A DNA stretch of 63,549 nt, counting the filler, from Hausera hauseri (lineage: Eukaryota), in assembly GCA_046269625.1 (NCBI GenBank). It is 11 parts of 11 records of this genome, joined end to end, with 100 filler letters (N's around TTAATTAATTAA, not from the genome) between each part and the next. Parts side by side here need not be neighbours in the genome. Positions count along the whole stretch, not along the records: positions 10,150 to 15,430 come from JBJURY010291725.1; positions 15,531 to 20,312 come from JBJURY010437582.1; positions 20,413 to 26,849 come from JBJURY010101099.1; 8 more parts are not named here. One strand, given 5' to 3'. Both the position numbers and the translations under genes were made by a program. Shown here piece after piece: positions 12,893 to 24,100 of the stretch (position 1 is the stretch's first letter; each line of letters begins with the position of its first letter). A model generated the notes under the pieces. It did no database searches and had not been told where the DNA came from. It worked only from the letters and a program-made list of their open reading frames with translations.

Positions 12893-14189
12893 AGTCCTCC
12901 TTTAACTACCAATTCCGAAAAATGATTTTATTCATGGAAGTTTATGTACCATATGAGATGCACATAATCCAAATTTTATCAAATGGCGATCACAAAATCA
13001 CACAATCCAATTCAAAAAATTGTTCTAAGTTTTTACTCAGTAGTTTTGAAGTTTGTTCAAGGCTACTGTAAGATGATTCCGACTAACATCAACAATTTTG
13101 ACCTCAAGCGTTTTTTCGATTCTCAAACAATTTTTTGAATGTAAATCAGTATCATTATACCGATGAATGAACACAATTTTCCTTATCGATTTTCCCATTT
13201 TTCTAACGTACAATCCCAACACAATTACTTATAGTGTATTATTTCCATTCGGTGGTAGATGTTATATATTTTGTAATATAAGGCACAAAGCAAGTTGTGA
13301 AAAGATTTATAGTCCTGACCTTTATGAATATCCTTTGTAGTTTTTTTACGTAGCATGAAACAGTCTATAAATACAGATTGTACTGGTCAATCTGAACTCA
13401 TTTTGAATGGCATAGCAAAGAAAGATTTAGATAAATAGATAAATTATTAAGTTTACAACTCATAAACGTTTGCTTTATTTTCCCATACATCAATAAATTT
13501 TGAAATATGATTTTTCTGTAATAAAAGTAAGAGGTGAACTTGAACTGTTAATTAAGAATCTTGGTCTTACCACTGTTATTTGTTGTACAGATAAATATTC
13601 TTATTTATATTTATCAAAAATATTTCAAAAGGTGTGTATATTTAAGTAGTACAAATATTTTCATACCCGCTTTGTATCCTGAGTTTCACAGGCCGACATT
13701 TTGCTGCAATGGATAATTGTGACTATATTTTTTTCAGAAATTTTTCACTTTTTCTTTAATGTTTAACGGAAACATTATTTTTTAGAAAAAAAAACTGTAG
13801 CCTGTAAAAAATAAATAAGATTTAATCAAGAAAAAAATTAACCAATTTTTTAATTGCTGCAAAGAATTAAGTTCAGCCAAATTTTTAGAAACTGTTAAAA
13901 TTTCCACATTTCGATGCTGTTTTTGGTGAGTTATTTAAATTGGAAACATTTAATTTAGTCATTCAGTTAATTTATTTCTTACGAAATGGGAATAGGAAAA
14001 TCTTTAAGTTCCGAAGAAAAAATGAGGAACATTAACACAGAGAGGTGAAGTACAGTTATAAAGCATAGAGAATCCGTGATTATTTACTATTCTATACCAT
14101 ACTATGCTATGCTATACTATTTTTTATATTACTTTATTGATATTTTATATCTTTGATTGTTCTGTATTCCATATTTATGATTTTCCAGA

Positions 14190-14650
14190 TAATCATGGTT
14201 GGTTATTTAACTAACGAAAGTGGATTAGCATAGAATATTGGAAGACGGAGACTGCTGAAAAGAATTTCATGCACCTCCACTAACTAGACTAACAACTTAC
14301 AGAATACGTATTACATTTGATCAAACAATCCACCACATAGTGGTCGGTCAGTCAATGTTACAACCCATGGAAACGAAATGTTAATTTTTCTGGTATTTAC
14401 TCAAACCCAAAAACTCAACGAGGACAGCTTCTATTAAATTAGACATTTCCCGTATGATTTTGCGTCGTCTGATGCAACGTTTAGGTTTGAAATTGTATCG
14501 GCTTATTAGATGATTCAGATAGCCGTACTTTTGAATGAAGGTGATGAAATCATTCGAAAAATTTGGTGGTCAAACGAACCTGATTTTAAACTTGCTGACG
14601 CTGTTAAAAGGCATAACTGTGTCTATTACTCAATAGAAAACCCGCTTGTA
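14190..14650 (+). mobile_element. Tc1/mariner transposase fragment (rosa/maT-like)
   Basis: LTRLTTYRIRITFDQT...SGR, ISRMILRRLMQRLGLKLYR, and IWWSNEPDFKLADAVKRHNCVYYSIENP, which resembles the WSDEAHF...VNxHNCxYWxxENP motif. Confidence 0.65.
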
Positions 14651-14679
14651 ACAATTAGAAAATAACTACATTTTGTCGA

Positions 14680-14745
14680 GCTAAATCAGCCGTGAATTAA
14701 ACTAAATCAGCTATGAATTAGATTAAATCAGTCGTTGAACTAAAC
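14680..14745. repeat. Degenerate ~21-bp tandem repeat, 3 copies (CTAAATCAGCCGTGAATTAAA)
   Basis: Seen directly in the sequence. Confidence 0.7.
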
Positions 14746-15769
14746 TATAATTCTAATTTATTCTTCCTCGGACTTGATTTCACATTTCATTTGTTTTTAT
14801 TTTTGAATAGTTCATTTTTATTTTTATTGTAAATTTATTGTTACAGAAAAGTATACATACATTGTGACTATTTCATTTGTTCATAATTTTCAATTTCACA
14901 TTCAAAGAAACGCTTATCTAATGAGTGCATATTATGATTCTTGTGAGTTATTTTGTCATTGTGTTTTCAATATTGTCTAATCTTTTTATTATTTGTTTAA
15001 TTAAACGTTAGTAATTATCGTATTCATTTTGTTAGTTTATTTTCATTTTAATAAGCTGTACGTATTGAAATAAGTCAAAGTCATCTAAAATACAGGGCCC
15101 GTAATTTCGGTATTTCTGCCAATAAGGCTTGGATGTAAAAATCTTTTAACTAAGGGACAGAAGCGTCAGTGTACTTTCCTGACGACTCACACATTAAGGT
15201 TCATTAATAAAAGTAAAGGATCTTTTTGATATCGGCAATCACACAGGTTGTCTTTGGACTGATTAAATAAGAAGAGTTTGAGACAAGGAGAGAGCTCTAA
15301 CTCTTATAGAATAAGTTTAAAGTCGTAAGACCATTAATACTTCACCTGTAAACTTATCACTGGTACCTCGAGTGAGAAGGCAAACTGACGTATAACACTC
15401 GAAGTAGAGTTAACGCTAATATTACAATTTNNNNNNNNNNNNNNNNNNNNNNNNNNNNNNNNNNNNNNNNNNNNTTAATTAATTAANNNNNNNNNNNNNN
15501 NNNNNNNNNNNNNNNNNNNNNNNNNNNNNNAAAGCTGCGGAAATTCTTAAAGGAGGGGGATGTGAGGAGGAATTTAAACGAATATTAATGTTTAAATTTA
15601 ATTCAAATTTAAAACAATCAACAGTCAATATAAATTCAGGAAATTCAAAAACAGGTTGAAAAGAAAAATCATTTAATGAGTGAAGGAGATAATTGCTGTA
15701 CAAACTTTTATAATAAATTTCTTATGCAGAATTCAATCTTACAATCATCGAGTGACGTTAAGGTCAAAA

Positions 15770-17140
15770 TGGTAGAAACGCGATCTACTAACAGATTGTA
15801 TGGTCGGATCTGGTGAAATTGTCTCGAAAACTCCAGTTATGGAATATTTGTCGAGTGGCCGGTTATTACGTCGTGTTATATGATGATAGCCAATGGAAGA
15901 ATCAGTTTCAAGCAAATATCGCAAGTGTATCGGTAAAGGGATCACGAAATCCAGCTAACGCTACGATCAGTGAACCAAACACCTTACCGGTAGAACCACT
16001 AATGATGGAGAATGAATTATCTGAGTCGTCAGATGATGCCAAATCCAAGAAAAGAGAAGACAGAAACGGTGCTGGCGGAATCATCGCAAAACGTGATAGA
16101 TATGAGAAACAGTTAATGGAGATCCTCGTTAACGTTTATTTCTTTAGAGCAGAGGCTTTTGTACGTTCATCGCGAAATGAATGTTCGCAGCTATTTGCGT
16201 TTCCAGAACAACTCAAAGATCTCAAGAAACATCCAAAGAGCTACATAAAAGATACAACGAAAGAAGACGCTGATTGGGAAAATTATTTAGGTTTTGAAAA
16301 GAATTTCTGAAATGATCGTTAGCTGCTTTACTAGAGCTGTAGCAATATCGATTGATCCGCAAGAACGGTGGATCACATGGAATGCAGCAACATACTTATG
16401 GAACTATAGTATTCATATTATTACACTCACCATGACTGAGATTCTCGCATCGAGTTTTCAGATTATTTATGACATAATTCGCCAAGTCATGAATGAGAAC
16501 ATGGCGGAACTTTTGGTTCAGTATGGCCTTGATTCATGGAATGGTCCAACGATATATGCCGAATGTAAATTTTGCCATTACCGGAATTTTCAACATTCCA
16601 ATATCTGCTAATGCTGGCGATAAGAAAGGCAAGGAAGGACTAGATTCGCCGAAAACTAAAATGGTTTCACCTGATGCGCAGGTTGATCAGACGGCTATTT
16701 TTCGGAAAGCCATGGAAATTTGTCAATATCTTATGGACTTAACAACAGATGTCAATACACCGAATTTGGACTATGTTAATTCAGCGAATAATAGCAATAA
16801 GACGATTCCGTTCGCTAAATTGATTGATATTCGAGTAAAAGCTCGACTTAGTGAAATGTGGGCGCGATGTAAGCAACTGTTACAACAAGGTATAGGTAGA
16901 TCATTGGGCGTTGCTGATCCGGAATGTGAAAGCAGTCAGACAGGAAATATTCGGGCAATAACGGCAATAAGTATGTTGTGGATTAGTCAAAACGATTTGT
17001 ACAAATTTTCGGATACTCCGAGTATCGATGAGGGCATTCAACTCGCGGTGAGTTGCCAATGGTCTGAGAAATCCGTATTCATGCAACTTTTTGTTAAACT
17101 GTGTTATTACATAATGAACGTCGGTTCATCGAATACATTG
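15770..17140 (+). pseudogene. CFAP46: Intronless, frameshifted internal fragment of CFAP46/TTC40 (ciliary central-pair protein)
   Basis: KLSRKLQLWNICRVAGYYVVLYDD, VYFFRAEAFV, DLKKHPKSYI...DADWENY and ERWITWNAATYLWNY match remembered CFAP46 blocks ([46 protein letters not shown]). Frame changes look like small indels, not GT-AG introns. Confidence 0.8.
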
Positions 17141-17689
17141 GTAAAAAAACAAGATAACCAGAAAAACACTCACATACCGATATTGTTTCGCATCTTCATG
17201 AAAGCATCAATCATGTGTTGATGCAATTACGAACACTGAGTTGGGGTTTTGTAAGATTTCGATTAACAAACTGTTCGTGGAGCTCTCGCATGTTCAGTTG
17301 TTTGCTACCAACGAAGGAAAAACCGTTAGTACCAGATAACCGAATTCGGGCCAATGTCGAAATTTTTATGGTGACTTGAGAAGTGAAAGATTCATTATCA
17401 ATACGAAAAAAGTGAAGAATCGTCAAGTTCTTCTCCAATTGCCGATAAAGATAGCATGTTGCTTACTGAAAAAACTACGCACCGGTCAATAAAGCCGAAA
17501 TAACCGATCCCTCGGACTCGTCCACGTCGATTGTTCTCCTGCCGTGCACTCCGCGGAAGTATCTGAACCTCAGTGAAGTCTCGGACATCGTCAATAGGAA
17601 TAATCCAGTCGAGCGAACATGTCAGATTCGGCAAAATCCGGCAGACGTCTTACCATCAGAGACATTTAGACACAGGTTGGTGAAGTTCT

Positions 17690-20205
17690 TTTGCTGATTT
17701 TCGCCCACCAGTGCGATTATTTTGTCACTACTCCCCGGGCGACACGCTCAAACCTCTCCCTTGTCCAAACGAAAACCGCCCAAGCCCCTCGCGCATACCA
17801 ACCTTTTGCTCATATTACCTCAGCAATTTTCTTTTCTTGTTTTTATCAATAACCAGTATATAAAAACCATAAGAGCTCCACTCAACGACACAGCACAGCT
17901 ATTATACAACTCTTTATTCTCCTTATTTAATACTTCTGACTTCTGCTTCACATATCGAGGTCTTACTATACATCCTTCTGACTCTCTTTTACTGTTCTCA
18001 TGTCACGAACATCCGATCATCCATCTCACGCTTCACTTCCACCTTCGGGGTGGATCGGACACAAATCCATCTTTTTCTGATGATAAATCTACAAATACAT
18101 GCAATATCTATCGCTTACCAAACTCTCAACAATCATAAGCTTCAATAAATCTACCTTGTGGATGTTTTTCTTGATAAAAACAATTCCAGTAAGCTATGGC
18201 TCCAATTCCACCAACAGTGGTTAAAATCTAACAACATCACTGATTCTTTTGTGCGAGCCAACAGTCTTTTAATTCTTCTGCCTGCTAACGTTAAGCAGCA
18301 GATCAGCAACATCTCCGAACTGCTTCAATCCCCGACACCTTACGAAACACTCTGTGAGGCTGTACTCCATGTCACGGATCTTTCGATAGACAACGTTATA
18401 CAAAAATACTTCAAAGACCATGCGATAGGAAACCAAAAGCCATCCGATTTTTTCCAAACGGCCATTTTGCAGCTTATCACCTTAGGTGTAACGCCTACGA
18501 ATAACGCGGATTTAATTCGCCATTATTTCTTGTCATCTCTGCCCACCTCAATTAGAGCCTTGCTTACTGTCGTTGACGAGTCTCCTGCTATTCAAAAACT
18601 AGGCATAATGGCTGATAAGTCCTTTGAAATCCTCCATACAAATAACTCTCTCCCGGTAGCGGCTGCAACCACACATGCTTCAGCAATAGACACAACATTC
18701 TTCACTCAACAATTGCAAATAATGCAACAACAATTTGACACATTACAGCAGTCAATTTCGGCCATTGCCACCAAACTGAACAATCTTAATGGGCTTCGGC
18801 GAAGTGAAGCCAGATCTTCAAGGAAGCGAATCACTTCAAGACATTACGCGATCGATTCCACCTTGCGGACGCCTGGCTTGCTTCTGTCATACGAAGTTTT
18901 GAAAGGATGCAAGGAAATGTTTCTTGGGCTGCCGGTTCTACAGCAAATGATACGCTGTGGGCAACCCTATTTGCATCTACCACAATAAGTTCCAGTCACA
19001 GGCCAGATCATGTGTGCCTGGTTGCAAATATTACCAAAATAAATCTCTTCCTTTTTTCGCACCTTATTTTTCTCCAAATCCTTCAAAGAACTAACAACGC
19101 CGCCAAATTCCACGGCGCATGCTGGTATAGGCAATACATTGCATTTTTGACTGTCTTAATACCACCGCTGCAGTTTTTCTGTTGAAAGCTGCAATCTTCT
19201 CTGACAATTCATCAAATATAGACTTTCTCATTGACTCTGGAGCCGCCTTTCCCCTTTTACCACTATCTTTTGCTCCAACGTCCAAAAATTTTTCTTCGCC
19301 TCAACTCTTCACAGCCAGTGGAAAGCCTTTGCGCATTGTTGGCACCACAGAGCTAACTTTTACATTCCATCACTTACCAGATAAATTTGTTTGGAAATTC
19401 TTTATCGCTAACATAAATTCACCAATAATCGGCTCAGATTTCCTACGCACACGATCTGTTAGTTGATTGTAAATACGGCTGTCTGCCGAGCAGGAACTCG
19501 ATCGCAAATCCAATCAAATATCTCACAGACAATCTAGCGAGCAACGCATTTCACGCATTTGTAAATATGTTGAACGTCTCGTCAACCATTGACGAAACTT
19601 TCGATAAAGTCGGTATTCCTTCAACTATGAATAAAAACCAGAAGTCTAATTTGAAACAAAATACCAAATGGAGTGTTGACAGTGGTAATGCCAGTTGCTT
19701 TTTGTCAATTACTGCAAATGTTTCTTCCGATGATATGTCTCATCCATTCTTATCTCGAGACTCCGATTTTAGATCGCACATCACAACGTCTTGCTTTCGC
19801 ATAGTCAAAAGAAACATCAACTTCAATCCTCCATCTTCAACTTATCATCATATAGTATTTGACAATCAGAGGCCTATCAAACAAAAGTCAAACCCTTGTC
19901 ACCATCAGGCATAAAGCTGTGGAACAGGAATTTAATGAACTGGAAGAGTCTGGATTCATTCGGAGATCGAATTCACCTGGGGCTTCTCCTCTTCATATAG
20001 TAGCAAAGAAAGACAGTACTTATAGGCCATGTGGCGACTATCGTCAATTAAACAACTTCACTATTACAGATGCCTATACACTACCACTCATTTAGGACAT
20101 CCTTCGTAGCCTCAATAACACCAATACCTATTCTACAATTGATCTGCACAAGGCCTATCACCAAATTCCTGTTGCACCTGATGGCATTCCAAAAACTGCT
20201 GTTCT
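17690..20205 (+). mobile_element. Ty3/Gypsy element copy A (CsRn1/Kabuki-like): Ubl-gag, protease, N-terminal half of RT; truncated
   Basis: Gag ITDSFVRANSLL, GNQKPSDF, LPTSIRALL. Protease FLIDSGA...IIGSDFL. RT SPGASPLHIVAKKDSTYRPCGDYRQLN...DLHKAYHQIPV, then an abrupt switch to unrelated sequence. Confidence 0.93.
17827..18054 (+). CDS. Ubiquitin-like domain (76 aa, ends LRGG) at the N-terminus of Gag, copy A
   Basis: FSFLVFINNQYIKTIRAPLNDTAQLLYNSLFSLFNTSDFCFTYRGLTIHPSDSLLLFSCHEHPIIHLTLHFHLRGG follows the ubiquitin pattern (KTI, P.DT, LIFAG-like FTYRG, LHLVLRLRGG-like tail). Confidence 0.75.
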
Positions 20206-20529
20206 CTGATGCAATTCGTGAAAAATAATTCGGAGATGCTCATGATGTTGTTTTGTGGGGGTGGAGGCAAATAGTATGTCATCTATATATGTATGAGCAA
20301 AATCAAAGCATANNNNNNNNNNNNNNNNNNNNNNNNNNNNNNNNNNNNNNNNNNNNTTAATTAATTAANNNNNNNNNNNNNNNNNNNNNNNNNNNNNNNN
20401 NNNNNNNNNNNNTTAGGCAAATTGTCATAGATTCTCTCCTTCAGTTGAGTAAAAGTCGACAAAATCTCGAATACTATACTAATATTTTTGGATGCATAAT
20501 GGCATTGTTATCAAAAGAATATTGTCAGT

Positions 20530-20825
20530 ATGCCATACATCAACCATCGAAAATTCTCACCAAAGATCGTCCTTCGGAGTTACTTGGAGATTTTATTTTA
20601 ATGGATAATTTTACTGTTTGGAAACCTCGACAAATTATAAAAAGGGGTCGTGATCGTCAACGTGGTCGTAAGATGTCTAGCACAGGTGATGTGGAATTAC
20701 CACCACCAATGGCTCTACAAGAATTTACAATCGTTTTGCCATCGAATAGTGCAGAAAGTAGTTCGAATTCCGGTGCATTCAAAGCTGTTCAGGAATTAGT
20801 GAGATAAATTCAGTTGATGCAAAAA
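20530..20825 (+). pseudogene. TRIO: TRIO/Kalirin/UNC-73 RhoGEF fragment with an internal deletion
   Basis: LGDFILMDNFTVWKPRQIIKRGRDR resembles Trio PH1 QGELILQESFQVWDPKTLIRKGRER. It is fused in frame to VELPPPMALQE...AVQELVR, which resembles the more C-terminal Trio VPLPPPMAIQQ...AIEELVK. Confidence 0.7.
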
Positions 20826-21148
20826 CCCCAAGAACGATTACCCGATTCGTTATCATTACAAGGTAATTGTGATAGATATTCATATCAGTATTCCATCATT
20901 TAAAATATGGAACGATGTTAGTAATTCACATAAAACTTATACGTCATTTCAAAACTATGATGGTCCTTATCAGGAAAGTGCTGTTTTTTCTTCATCGAGA
21001 AGTGGTCCCGGTTTTCATGATTTCGATCGAAATGTAGGCAGCTACAGATCATCACCACCATCACAACCACTTTTACAAAGAAATTATTCTCCTGACGATA
21101 ATGAAGAGGACATTTTACGTAAACCAAATGCGCAATCAAAGAATTTCC

Positions 21149-24100
21149 TGGCTGAGGGACCGCGCGTGACCGCCCCCGCTGCACCATGTCCCTTTTCCTT
21201 TTTTATTTTTTTAACCATAAGCACATGTATACGCTCAGTGTGACACAGAAAGACCAGATCCGGTCGTCGTCCTGTTGACCCTACACCATCTGCTTCTCCT
21301 AACCTTCCTTGTACAGAGTTCTTCCTTGACAAAACTAACTCAAATCGCACCTGGCTATAATTCCATTTGCAATGGCTTAAAGCCAATCACATCACAGATT
21401 CTTTCTTGCGTGCTAATAGCTTGTTGCTTCTTCCAGCAAATATCAAGCAGCAAATAAATAATCTTGCCGATATACTTACATCTTCAAATCCATGACATGG
21501 TCTATGAATCAGTCCTACATATTACCGACCCTTCCATTGACAGCATAATACAAAAATACTTTAATGAACATGCTATCGGAACTCAAAAGCAGTCTGATTT
21601 CCTTAAAACAGCAATTTCTCAACTGAGTTCCTGAGGCGTCACTCCTACAAACAATGCCGATCTTCTTCGTCGGTATTTTCTTTCCTCCTTACCCACTTGT
21701 ATCAGAGCGTTTCTTACTGTCGTAGACGATTCAACGGCACTCGAGAAATTCGCCTTACTGGCAGATAGAAGTTTCGACATCTTACAATCAAATAGCTCAC
21801 AACCAGTAGCTGCAGCAACCGTTCACACACCATCACACACAGATAATATTTTATTTTCACAACAACTGCAAATGATGCACAAACAATTTGACACACTTCA
21901 ACATGCAATTTCTGCGATTACAGCTAACTTAGTGAGTTATCTGTGCCTCGACGAAATGAAACCGTGTTTCGCCTAATCGCAGCCTTTTCAGGCATTCCTT
22001 TCGATCCAAATCTCTAGATGGAAGAATAATTTGCTTTTATAATAACAAATTCCACAGAGATGCAAGAAAATGTCTTATGTGCTGTCGATTTTACGACGAA
22101 CGTTATGCAGTAGACAGCCCAATCTGCATTTATCACTCAAAGTATCGGTACAAGGCTAAGTAGTGTGTGCTGGGATGCAAATATTATAAAAAAGTATTCT
22201 AGTTTTTCTCTATCTTCTTTGCCTCCTCGCTCTTATTGTTCTTCTTCTTCTTTCCAACAAACCTCAAAAAACTAACAACGCCGCCAGATGCCACGGCACA
22301 TTCTGGTATAGGCAATACCGCTGAATATTCTGGCCGTCTTAACATCACCTCTGCACTTTTTCTGTGAAAATCTGCATTGCTTCCCAACAATGCTTCACAC
22401 ACAGACTTCCTCATCGATTCAGGAGCTGCCTATTCCCTTGTACTTCACTTCGACATCCACTATAGTTTCTTCTCCAACGCTTTTCACTGCCAGTGGTCAA
22501 CCGTTGCACATCGTAGGTACCATGGAAATAATTTTCACATTCGCCAACTTTCCAGATAAGTTTGTCTGGAAATCCCACGTGGCTAATATTAAATCCCCAT
22601 AATCGGCTCAGATTTTCTGGCCCGCACATGATCTGCTAATTGACTGCAAGTATCGCTGTCTGCTGCTCAGAAACTACGTCGTGGATGCCAGCAAATATCT
22701 ACCAAACAGCCTGGTACAAACTACGTCGTTTTCGGCCGTCAACTCGCGTGTGAATTTGAAATCTTGTTTGCCGGCTAATAACGGTACAGTTAGTAATTCA
22801 TCCATTTCTGTCATCACATCAAACGCATCTAAGTTGGCTTTAAAACAGCTAAGTATACAAAGTGTTTATGTTGGCAGATACGGTAGTTCTTCGACAATAC
22901 CATCCACTGTGGCTTCTAATGATATGCCTCAATCATTCTCATCGTTGGATTCCAATCTCAAATCCTCTATCACATACTCTTGCTTTTGCACACTCAAAAA
23001 GGACGTAAACTTCAAACCACCTTCTACAACTTATCACCACATGGTAACCGAACACCAAAGACATATCAAACAAAAGGTCAGACCACTGTCACCTAGCAGA
23101 TGAAAAGCCGTTGAATCAGAGTTCAGTGAACTCGGAAAGGCTGCAATCATTCGAAGATCAAAATCACCATGGACTTCACCATTGCAGGTAGTAACAAAGA
23201 TAGAAGGCACTTACAGACCATGTGGTGACTCTCGGCAGTTAAATAACTTAACAGCTCTGGATGCTTACCCTTTACCTCTCATAAAAAACATCCTACACAG
23301 TCTTACCAATACTAACACGTACTCCACAATTGACTCGCATAAAGCTTATCATCAAATCCCGGGTTGTACATGATGATATTCCCAAAATTGCTGTTATTAC
23401 TCCATTTGGCCTCTATAAATATATCTTTATGCCATTTGGTTTACGTAGCGCTTCCCAAACTTTTCAACGGCACATTAACGCTGTCCTCTCAGGCCTTGAC
23501 TTTGCTCATCCATACATTGATGACATATTAGTTGCCTCCACACCTGTTAAACAACATCAAGAACACCTCCGTACTATCGTTCACAGACTACATCACAGCA
23601 GTTTGCAAGTCAATTTCTCCAAATGTCATTTCTTTCAAAAACCTGTTAATTTCCTAGGCCACGTGATCACTCCTCACAGCCACTTTCCACAACTGGATCG
23701 ACTACAATAATTGAAAAACATAACGCTATCGACGACTACTACGGATATGAGGAGTTTCTTAGGCACACTCTACTTCATCCACAAATACGTACCTCACTGT
23801 TCTAAGCTTACAACACTTTCGCATATTTATCAGCTGGAAAAAAGATGCAGTTGATCTACTGGACTTTTGATTTAGTAAATAAATTTGATCACTTACTCGA
23901 AGGCCTAAAAACCTTCGAAATACTGGCCTATCCAAAGACCAAGGCAGATATTATACTTACCACCGATGCATCTACCACAACTACTGGTGCAGTGCTACAC
24001 CAGATCTCTAATGGCGTCGACAAACCATTAGAATTTTTCTCCCAAAAACTCACAGAACCCAAAAGCCGTTATTTACATTTGACCGTGAGTTAGTCGCCAT

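Noticed and set aside
15813-17221. Frame changes in CFAP46 (and DMXL) explained by tiny introns of a functional gene
   Set aside because: Protein similarity continues straight across the shifts I examined with no GT-AG insert, in-frame stops occur in DMXL, and the fragments lack gene ends.
21149-21160. TGGCTGAGGG (and TGCTGAGGGG at 46096) as the PBS of the Ubl-Gypsy family
   Set aside because: The shared GCTGAGGG at the 5' junctions is suggestive, but I cannot match it to a tRNA 3' end and there is no adjacent CA-terminated LTR.
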